64,000 bases of DNA from Botryllus schlosseri (Eukaryota): positions 8,494,001-8,558,000 of the forward strand of contig CM119386.1 in NCBI GenBank assembly GCA_051294905.1, read 5' to 3'. Below the pieces are notes generated by a model. The model saw only the letters and a list, made by a program, of their open reading frames with translations, was not told the origin of the DNA and ran no database searches. Shown here piece after piece: positions 48,501 to 60,500 of the stretch (position 1 is its first letter; each line of letters opens with the position of its first letter). The translations under genes and the position numbers were made by a program.

Positions 48501-51500
48501 TAAACCAAGCTTAATTTACAAGGCCCGATTCATCGCCTGGCATGAGTATATGTTACATATCACATTTAGAAACAGATGGTTTACCGGTGAGCACTTTGAA
48601 ATTTCCTGTAATTTATCGCCGCCAGTGGGGCCGGTTTCTTCAGGCCTCTTGACTGCGCGATGTCGTACTCCGACCAATAGCCGCTCGCAGGACTTTTCAA
48701 ACGGCTTGGCAGAGTCCTGCCCGTTCCGGAGTGATCGGAATGCGCGGCGCTGAGAAAGTTGCCTCTCAATTCTGCAAAAATTTGGTAGCAATCTTAAGTG
48801 GAGTATTGGCAAGATATTTTCATAACGATATAAAGACGACATGAAGTTGGCCGCCGGTATGTGTTATTGTTGTTTGTGGTTTTCATGACGTTTTTCGACA
48901 ACAATGGTCATTTTCACCAGGCCGATCCCGTATCTCCCGACTAGTAGCACGGCTCACAAGGTTCCTATGGCAAGAAGGAGCTTAGATAAACCTCCAACAC
49001 TTGGCAAGAGATTTTGGACCCGAAGCCGTAAGCCAGTTGTGTTGTAGCGATGATATGACAGGATTGATGACGTTTTTCTTTATTAGTCACACTCAGGATA
49101 CTCACAGTGCCGGGGTGCCACGAACTACTACGAAAAAACTTCAATTCCTTTTTCAAATTTTCCAGTAGGGCAGAAACCAGCTAGTGATCCTGGCAAGGCC
49201 AAAGACTGCCGAGATAGAAGCAAAAACTTGATATGATTTTAGATTAGATTTTCAGCACAATACCAGATTACCAAGGCAACAAAAAAATTCACCGACGGGT
49301 TTTAAGAATAGGCGATAGAATTTTACCTTCCAGACTATCGCGCATGTTCGATGACGAATGGAACGCAGAATCCGCTTCTATAGACGACAGCGAGCTGCTC
49401 GCGACATGACCTTGAATGTTGTACTTGAGGCCGTACTTTGAATGCGCGGCCGGCTTCACGATCACGTGACTCGATTTCGAAGCCGCGTTCGACAAACCGG
49501 AACTACGCGCCGAAGAAGTCCAACTTCTCGTGTACTTTGCGTCAAAATTCCTCTCGTGCAACAAGTCATACCTCAGTGGGACGGACTCTAATTTTTTTCC
49601 TAAAAACTCGCAATTGGAGTCTACGTCATTTCTGGCGGTGCCAGGCTCGGGGTCTAGACTGTCCGGACTGTCGGCCGATATTTTAGTCCTGGAATGTCCG
49701 TTGATTAAGTCTTCTTCAACTTGGCCCTCGCGTTCGTGTCGCTTACGTATGGTGGATACAATGTCTGGGTAGTAACGGGTCGTCCTTTGGCCGTAACCGG
49801 TTTTTGGCAACAGTTTCAGGTTCGGGTCCGAATATTTTTGGTTCGAACTACGATTTTCCTTTTCCGCCAGCAGTTCTTTGTCTGGTTTCAGGACTTTTTT
49901 GCGGTTTGCGATGGCATGCCCGCGACGATATTTCATACGGTTCAAGGTAGAGCTTTTCTGTTGTTTGCGGTTTTCTACACCGTGCTGACTCGCCCCGAGT
50001 ACTGCCGAGTCTGGTTTCTTTTTCGCGGAGTCGGCGCTTGCGTATGAAATAGCATTGGTCCCAGGCAAATTGTTTTCTGGAATGTAGAAATTACGATAAC
50101 GATAATTTCAATGAACAAGTTTCATACTTAAAAGTTACGCCGTAAAAATTTGGTGACGGCAGGTGCGTAAAATTTGCGTCGTCTCTACTTAGACTAATGA
50201 AACCAAACTCCCAGTAATCTAATTATAATCTTAATTGCAACATGTCATTGTGATCTAATCTCTGATTTTCCCGAAAATGCAACCGGAGAACTGTAGGCCC
50301 ATCATGCCACAAGAACCGAGCTTAGTGTACTGACTAGAGGTCGGCCGATTATCGAAATGGCCGATTATCAAGGCCGATATTTGGAGCTTTCCCGATTATC
50401 GATATCGGCCCATGAAGGCCGATATTGCGGCCGATATTTTACATTTAAAAAAAATTCAAAAAAATTGGAAATTCAATGCTCCGTGTTCTCAATCTCAAGA
50501 AATCGGTGACGCAAAGGGTGATATATGACAGATTTACCCTTGCAGGACGAGTTTAACTGGGTAAGAATGCAGAGACACTATGCTTCCTGCAATACAGTCT
50601 ACCTTTTCTAAACTGATTTGCGATTCGGTATCATGTTTTGCTTTTTGGGTTATCCCAATTTTCAACGAATGTGCACAATAGGGTCCATCAAACCACTAGG
50701 TGTCGCTAGACTTTAGGTGGTAACCGCCTTTGTTACGTATGCGGTTGCCGTCATCAGAAACCTGTAGGTTACTTTCTCGATTGTGTAAGGGTATTTTATA
50801 TGCAAAAAATGGCTACAACATATTCTACGGGGACCGTGAACTCGCTATAAAATGAACTAAAACTTCGGAAAGCTTCTACGGAAGGAAATAAGGCCACCAC
50901 CTCGGCTACCACCTCAGCACCAGAAGTTTTCGAAGTTTTAGTTCATATTATAGCGAGCTCACGGTCCACGTAGAATATGTTGTAGCCATTATTTCAATAT
51001 AAAATACCCTTACACAATCGAGAAAGTAACCTACAGGTTTCTGATGACGGCAACCGCGTACGTAACAACGGTGGTTACCACCTAAAGTCTGGCGACACCT
51101 AGTGGTTTGATGGACCCTATTAAGCAATAATTATTTTCAATTTCAGTTTTCTTGTTTGTTGTTCAGCTTTTTGTGGCATGAACAAGTGCCATCTTGCCTA
51201 ATATGTGATATTTTTGGTGAAATCGTTCTCTGCTCCTTCCATATTAATATCGGTTATCGGCCTTGTGAGTATGCCGATATATCGGTATCGGCCTGTAAAA
51301 ATCAATATCATTTGACCTCTAGTACAGACATCTGCCAATCTCATGCATACGCGAATGAACGCTGGTTTGATATCAATTGAACTTGATTTATATTGTATTT
51401 CTTTTTCACTCGGAATTGAATTCAATTTCCAAGATTTCGCGAATTCACCAATTCTAATTCCAATCTAGTTTGGAAAAAAAATGTACCCATAAGTCTAATG

Positions 51501-54500
51501 CTAATTTGGAAGATGCCGCATAGCTATAATTCTAATTCTAATCTAATTTGGAAAACTGAAAATTGTCTAGCTGTTCAATTCTGGCAAGGTGTGTCTCCCC
51601 ACTTAAAAAAGCTTAACAATTCTAAAGTGAGATTCCCTCTACATATTACAGGTATTGTAGATGACAATTTCCACGGGCAATTTCTCAGGATTAGCGTCGT
51701 ATTCGTAACAATGCAAAATTGAATTCTTAAAATTTTCATATCTTTTAGCCCACTGCGGTGTTCACTCTGAATACATTGATGGATTCTTTTATGTAGAACA
51801 TAAAATCCGTTATGCTAGTAATTTCTCCTTCAATTCCTAGAATATATCTGATTGACGGGGTAAACTTTTTGATGTCAGCATGTGGACATACAAGCATATT
51901 TATCAGCACGCTCGGTCACGCATTGGCAGTACAAATACGATTGTAAATCTGACTTTTTATCAAGAGGATGATTGTTACGAGAAATTCGATAACAATTTAG
52001 ACAACTCATGACATATTTATTGTCCATTGTACAAATAGTATCGAAAACTACTCATGGATGTAAACAGTTGGATGACAAGGTATTGTGGACTTGCGGTGTG
52101 ATTCATGAGCGTTGAATTGGAAATAAATTGTTCCGGCCGAGTCATCAAAATATTTCTTATACCTGGATCAACAGCAGCTGTCAACTGACCCTCAAATGCG
52201 GAGTCTTTATGGAATTCGCCTGTGCTTCCGTGCACTTCGGACCTTGCTGTTGCTGATGTAGTCGGCGTGTAATGCAGATTCTTAAAACAGGGAATGATCG
52301 CAATGATATCCAGGATTCCTAATTTACATGACTGACAAAGAAAGCGATGCAATTAGAAGTGTTCTTTCAGAGAGAGAGAGAGAGAAATATTTATTGATTC
52401 GTCCACCCGTAAAGAAAATAACATTGACGCATGAAATAATAACAAGAAACATAACGGCGTAGGACAGGGTGTAATCGACAAGACTCTGGGTAGGGTCGAC
52501 TAGTCTGATCACACCCTGCATTCAACAATTACAGATATTCTTTATAAATTTGGTTGCATCAGAACTGAGATGATACCAATCATTTTTTACATCGCCCCTT
52601 ACACTTTGCAAGCAGTCTATTCAAATGCACACACTACTAAAGCTCTTTGAGTTTCACTTATAATGGTAATGACAAGATAGCGTAATGGTGAACCGTCCAG
52701 CTTCTTGATCAGTAGGTCGTGGGTTCGATTCCCGGCTGGGTCAGACCAAAGCCCTGATTAGGAACACTGGTATCCATGACTTCCCTGCTTGGCGCTCATG
52801 CATTACCGGGATAGCATGGAGGGGTGGTGCAAGACTTAGAAAGCCGTAACAGGCTATATCTGCACCTTCCTTGTCCAGTGGCATATGCACATCATGAACT
52901 CATGGTATGCATGTGCGCAGATCGTGTGTATGTGTATCATGAGTCGGTGTATATGCCGCAAAAACATCAAGGACAAAAATAAACTAGGTCCTTTTAATGA
53001 AAGTTGTAAAAACAACATAAAGGTAGCCTACAATTCCTCAGGATAAATCATTGAAATTGAATTTCAAGACTTGAAACGACAGGCTATTCCAGCCGGATCG
53101 ATTTTGTCGGCCTGAAAAATCCGTTTGGTTAAGCGTGTGATTATTACTAAGTCCATTTTTCTAGTTTTTACAACACACTTGGATGATTAAGTACAATAAT
53201 TTTGCTACACCATCACGCTGGGAATCCGGAGATTAGCAATGTTCGATTCTTAAATACAGAATATCATTGTAGTAGGGCAGTAACGAAGTTCTTCTACATC
53301 TATTCAAAACCAATCCGAAAACTACCTTCTTTACCACAAAAGGAAAAGTGTAAAAAGTAGTTTTGTGTCAAAAGCAATCAAATAGAAGTGGAAGTATTCT
53401 GAAAACACAACCGATTCAGTAAATAGTGCAAGCAGGCACATCCAACTTGAGTTACCTACGGAACATCTTACTGTTAACTCCCCCCGACTTCGCTATTGAA
53501 TTCGTTTGACTTGACATCAGCCATGACATGTGATACGTACCTTGACAGGTGCCCCTCCGATGACAGCCGGATTCCGAAATGCCTTCCTTGTATTTTTCCT
53601 AGTCTCGAGATAAGCAATGTTCTCCGAATTAACCTGTTCATTTGGCTCATTTGCCCCGACGCCCCACGTTCCATCAGTCACTACTGACGTGTCTGACGCG
53701 TTCGATACTGAATAGTTTGAGCTTGGACGGGTCACAGTTGAGTTTCTTTTCTGAAATAAAATTCTTACTGTGTTGGGTTGGAAATGATGAAAAACGTATC
53801 CTTGAAATCTAGTAATATTCCATGGAAACAAAGAAATAGCTGTTTATTTTTCTCGTTACCACTTTTCACAACTTTTCGGTACACACTTTGCTGGCACTCA
53901 AGCAGAACTAGATGTCACAGATTTCTAGTCAAGTGCTATAGAAGCAGCGATTTCAAAGTAAGTAAAAAAGTAAGCATACTATGCCGAGTTTTGCCTAGAA
54001 GATTGCATTTTCTATTATCAGCGGTAGTCGTGGTTTGAATTCTGGATTAGGCTCGAATCCGAAAGTTTTGCTCGATTTGGAATCCAAGCTATTCCCCTCA
54101 TCGGTATAAAATTTCAAATTTTGGACTTGCAAATCCCAGATTTGGATTTGGCTTATACTCAAGGACATATTTGAGATCAGGATTTGAAATCAGGATTCGG
54201 ATTTTCCAACACGTACTGACGCAAATAAACCGGGTTCGATTTGATATCGCACCTTTAGTTTGTGCTTCGGTTTCTGGATCGGCGGTATTAGAGCGGCTTG
54301 CGTTTTTGCTCGCTCTTGCATCGCTTGAAATTCTTTAGCTTTAAACGAATGCGTCTTCAGTTTGTGATGGCCCGGTTCGGTCTGCGACTTGTCTTTGTGC
54401 GTTCGTCTCTTGGTCGGGTCGCTGGCGCAGCGTCCTTCGCTCGTTATTGCAACAACCTACAAAAAAACATACTTGTCGTATGAAGAAGAATAAGTGATTA

Positions 54501-57500
54501 AATATAAAGAATGTGCCTTATTTGAAGTGTCATTAGCTATTTATGTTAGTCACAAAGATAATTTTGCAATTATGAAAGTAGCCACATCAGATTTACCGGG
54601 GAAAAGTACCAAATTTACTTTCTTCAGCTTTACAGTTTTCAGACCCTTGATTTTTTACTTCAACTTCTCAAGCACTTTTTACATGTTTCGGTAATCACGA
54701 CTTTTACTTGTAATTTGCGCAAAAATTCATGGCGTAACTGCTACCCTGACAACTTTGACGACCTCTGCGCCGCTCACAATAAACCATTATATCGACAGAA
54801 TTCATATATTTCGCAATCTCTCTTTAGTTGTCTCAATCGGAGACTAGCCATGGAATACACTCGATTGAAAATCTTTACCCCAGTTTGAGTTTTCAAAATT
54901 CCAAACACAAGGAAGGAAAGGACTTAGTTTATTTCGTCCTCGATGTTTTTTGCGGCATATACACCGACTCATGATATACATATACACGATCTGTGCATAT
55001 CCATGCCATGAGTGCATGATGTGCTTTCTAAGTCTTGCACCACCCCTCCATGCTATCCCAGTAATGCATGAGCGCCAAGCGTGGAAGTCATGGATACCAG
55101 TGTTACTAATCAGGTCTTTGGTCTGACTCGGCCGGGGACGGAACCCACGACCTATCGACCAAGAAGCCGGACGCTCCACCACTACGCTATTTTCCCAGTA
55201 AGGCATGACGTCGTTAGGAACTCAAAATGACTCACAACACAAACACAAACCCAGATCCCAGCCAAAGTTTTGAGCACAAAGAAACTCAAATTGACTGACC
55301 ACAAAAACATAATCGGTATCCGGAGTCAAGCCGGTCGCGCGGTGGAATTTATCGATGCCCTGGTACGCGACGGCGTCGTTCACACATAGCTCGTAGCGGA
55401 AGAATCTCCCGAGCGGAACGCTGGGCGGATTCCAAGACACTTGCATTTCGTTCCGTCCAATCACCGTAACTGTCGGCTTCTCGGGAGCGTGAGCCCCTGT
55501 ACGGAGCACAAAAGTCAATTATTTTGAGGCGCATATTTTCAAAATACTCGAATCACAAGGAAACGTGCTGTAAATCCTTCTGCGGCAAAAATTTTACTCA
55601 CGAACTGGGTTGGTCAATAAAGAAGTACTTCTACTATTTTCAGAATATCTTAGTAAGCTGTAATCACTTGCCTTACTTAGTAAAGTGGATATGTTTTTGA
55701 ACTTACCGGTATTCCATTTTATTTTTGAAGTTTTTTGAAGCAAAACTACTTGTTACGTAGAAAGTTGTCATGACAACCGATCAAAATATCATACGTATCA
55801 AATTACCTGAATATATTTTAAAAAACCGAACCATTAATATTGTCATTAGTCATTTACTTAAAAATCACTTATTCTCGATGCAAAATCTGAAATATTACCA
55901 AGCTCTTCTGTAGTTGCTTCAATCACTGCTCTATCCCCCATTCCCTTAGCAGTGGAGGCACACACGGAAACAGTGTATCTCGTGGACGGAGTCAGTCGGC
56001 CGATGATATAGGAAGCGTCTTGCGTGCACTCCAATAGTTTCTCGCCTTATGCAAATGGTCATATACGTGAGAATTTTCGAAAATCCGCTGAGGAAATTCA
56101 ATTCCTACCTATGTACAAATAGTATCCGCGAAAGATACCGTTACAATGTTCCGGCATGTTCCAAGTTAAGCGAAGTTGCGACGGGGTGCAGCCCATCACC
56201 CGTAAAAATGTGGGTGCCGTCGGTACGTCTTCATCTGAATGTAGCAAGAGAATGAGACTTAGTACTAGAAATAGGACTGAAAGGGTTATGAAATAATTTT
56301 CATTTCCTTCATCAATATCAGTATATCAGTATCTTCAGCAGTATCTGTATCAGTCATAATCAGTGTTACCCTCGACATGGATCAAAATCTAAGGACAGTC
56401 ACTCCAAGTAGCGCCTAGCTGCAAAATTTATAAACTTCAGACTAAAATAAATGAAAAGGTCAATACTTTCCCCAAATGCGTGTTGGCAGCCTACTTGAGC
56501 AGCTGATGACTAGCAAAAAGGTTATCAATAGGGCAAGTTTTTGCAACTTTTGCAACTTTTTTTTACAGCTTCCGGCAGCTTCCTAAATACTCGTAAGATA
56601 TGTAGAATGCTGTTTTAAGCTGTTTGAAGGAATCTTATAGTGCAACGTTTTGCAAGTTTTGTCCATTTTTTTCATGCAACTCTTTGAAACATTTTGCAAC
56701 TTTTTCGATTTTTCATGAAAGTATTTTCGTTTTTGGTGAAATACACAGCCAAATTCGACTGAAACACCGTAAATCAGCACCGAAGTACGGGTATTTCGGG
56801 AGCTGAGCCGGTAAATTGACCTTTTTTTTAGTCAACCGAGCAAAATGTGGTCTTTTAGTGCAACTTTTGCAACTTTTGTCAAAAATAAATAAATAAATGC
56901 AACTTTCCGCGGATTTAACTGCAACAAAAACTTGCCCTGGTTATCAATTATACCTAGATCTAACTGAAGCCCTTATAACTATTACAACATGTGGTGAGCA
57001 CTGAAAATAAGACAAACTAAGAAAACAAGACAAACGGAAATACAAATCTTAGGGCTGGTATGACAACTCAGGTTATAACAGTAATGGTTATCAATGAAGC
57101 GAGCAAAAACAGTGATGGAATTGCACAACGACACACATAGATAAAGACAGTGTTTGCAACCTAAATATGCATGCAATTTTGACGATGAAATTTTAGCGGT
57201 CTGCCATTAGCAGTATTTCTGCTGTTATCCATAGTCACCAATTCTACACCAGTATATTTTCTTGGATTACAACTGACATCGAAAATCCAGAAAACATTGC
57301 AACATTTTATCTCACTGACCAAGGAAATGAACACAAACTGTTCCAGGAAAAATACACTCTGCTTTTTTTCTGAATACTTGAATGCCTGACATCACCAAGG
57401 TCACCGCAATGGTCTGTGCTTATCAAATCTCAAGTAGTTACCTGTGGTTACGGTCACAGTTTCACTGTAGGTGCTATCGTCGCCTGTTGTTGAAGTTCGA

Positions 57501-60500
57501 AGTTTGATGGAATAGGCAGTGAACGGTTGAAGGTCAGAAACAACATACTCCGCGTCTTGTCCTTTGTAGACAACCTTATTGTCTGGAAAAATTGATAAAA
57601 ACATGTTTTACTCGTGCCCTGAAAGAGAACACTTGAAAGAATATGCATCCACTTAAAATTTTCAACTATTAACTTTGACCTGCCTCAAGGACCTTCGGTA
57701 ATATGATAGCATTGTATGCTTTTACAATAAGTACGTGGATTAAGATGTGTCATTCATTCATTCGTTTCTTCATAATTTTATTGATTCGAAATACAAAAAG
57801 ATTGGGATAAAATTAAAAGATAGGAAGGTATAGAAACGACTGGGATTAGTTTTTGAAATCAGACACCTATCTTAACCTAGAGCCTCGAAAGGCATGCACA
57901 ATAGCACACCGAATAATAAGCAACAGGACATTACATAAAAATGCCAAGCAATGAAAATGAAGTGGCATATCACAGTAGTAGTATTTATTATGTAAATACT
58001 ATATATGTATTATTGTATATAATACCAAATGCAAAGGTGGATTATAGCAATTGTGACTAGCTTCCTCACACTATCACAAAAGGAGAATTTTACATCTGCT
58101 GTGTTTTCTTCAACAGAGCAGTCACTATCACTTACGGCTTACAACACAAATATTCGGCATATGTGCCTCCTTGAAGCAATAACATTTTACAGTCCAGTAT
58201 TTATGGCGTCTCAGAAACATAATATAGATTCCGTGGTACTCTTAAATCAGTGCATATTTTAATATTTCTTACACAATTCCAAGCATACAAAAGAAGACCA
58301 ATATGAAATACCCAGTTACAATTCCCGTCTGGATTGAAAATACATTTCAGCATACCAGTACTACCTTTTTAGTTACTACAAAAAGGATCGCTTCTGCGGA
58401 AATTTTATTCAAATAGGTTTGCGTCCACTATCTCTACCTCTTATATCACAGAACAAAGAAACAATAACTATCTTATTCTTACCACAAGCTAGCTTGTATG
58501 TAACTTGAAATCCAGAAATTGATGACACTCGATTCCAAATAGCCTTCACAGTCCTCGATCCCAGAACTTCAACATATGGAGGGTCAGGCCGGTCAAGTTT
58601 TTTCAAATTGGCCAGAGCTGCGGTGACTTCATCGTTTAGTTCTGTATCCATGAAAAGAATCATTTCGGTAAATACGAAATTCAAGTAGATATCATTATTA
58701 GTGTTGTGAATCGCTGCATTAAGCTACTTTTGTCCTAGACCAGGAGATTAAGATGCTGCTATCTACAGCAATGATTTCACAGTAGATTGTCTGAGCTTCC
58801 GACTCATTAAAAGTAATTCTTATCGAGCCCTTATTTGTACAAAGCTGTATAAGTTGAACATAATACTGATGTATATATATCATTTTAATCAACTGCAGGA
58901 GTCTCAAGCACGCAATAAAAGATAGAAAACAGGGTTATCAAGAGCTTTGCTACTTCCTAAATCAACTGGCACTTCGGAACATCAAACAATCGAATCCAAG
59001 TAAATCCTACAGCTTTGCGTCATTAATTGTCAAGCAAGCCCACACCGACAGCCTACTGTCAGCAGGAATAGGACTTATTATATTTTTGTCCTTGGTGTTT
59101 TCGCGGCATACACAGCGACTAGCTATCGTTTCCGCCATCCATCATAATCATCAAACACGGGTTTATTTCTGTGTATCAATGGGATGCAATAAAAGCAGAG
59201 GTGGTAAAAGTAGTCAATGTTGCTCACGTAACTGGTTTCAAAAAGTAGATTTGGTTGAGGGGTCGAATACCTTAGGCAATGAGCCTAATCAGTGGTGACT
59301 ATTTTGAGATTGCAAGATGTGTCTTCGCAACTGGCGCAAAGTGACGTATGACTCTACAAATAGGTGCAATTTCTGACCTAACGAGATGACTATTCTACGT
59401 GGTGATTTTGACGATTTCACCCATATAAATTATGCAAACTTATCTTAAAACGGCTTTCTACTTTTCAAAATCATAGGTGCAGAACGTAACTGGTCAAGTA
59501 GAAGAGGAAGTGCTTCCAAAATATAACCACTGGAGTAATGAACTTGGAGTACTCTGGGTAACATTGGATGTTGTCAAGCATTACCTTTCGACACATGCGG
59601 CCGATCCAAGACTTTCAAAAGGGACGCTTCGATGTTTGCGTTTTGACGCAATCGCAGCACCCCGAGTTTATGCGACGATATTGTTTTCAATGTCCTAAAC
59701 ACACCGCACAACAATCCTGTTGAGCAAATTCAAAACGCGAGACTTCAATTCCAAACGTACATAGCAGAAAACCAGCAAGCTTCCGTGTCCTCGTCCCGTA
59801 GCAACGATACAAGTCTATTTATTGCATCTTGAAAGTAATTGTTGACGAGTATCAATTGGTTACCGTCGGCATCCGCTGCTAGGCAACTAATGGCGAAGCA
59901 AGCGTTTTTGGCTCCGCCCATGTCACCTTTTGCCATCATTCGGCATAGAGACGTGATCTACAAATACATCAGAATGTAAACACTATATATTTGTCGATCA
60001 CTTGTATTTATATGTGCTTCTATTTGCGCGATAATATGCGCAAATAGTGACCGCACTTATCACGGAGTATAATCGTTTGAACACCGTTTCAACACATTAA
60101 TAACACTCGGGTCTTTAGCACACACTTGAGACTAACAATTTCAGAAATTAGTCTACCGGTGTTTCGCCACTTCTTGAATCTAAAGTCAATATTGTTTCCA
60201 AGCAATGAAATGCACAATTCTCGGAAGAATTGTCGAAGGTGTCAAACACAGGGACTGATTGCGTCACCGGTTGTGGATATGTTTGTAAACCTTTAAAATA
60301 CAGTGGTAACAGGATCAAATCAAACACGGGAGAAGTTTGATCATCGTTACAGCTTGTAGATCAAAGCTATCACCTTTAAATGGTCAAAACCTTGTGAGAT
60401 GACAAAGAATAAATAGGATAATCAACGGCTGGCTACTGGTCTGTCTGTAATTAGAGAGCAATATCTCCATAGAGAGACTGAATGTTTCAAATATGGTACC

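Noticed and set aside
52676-52745. tRNA gene
   Set aside because: It has A/B boxes but no intact acceptor stem and continues into a repeated core and tail, so it is a SINE head.
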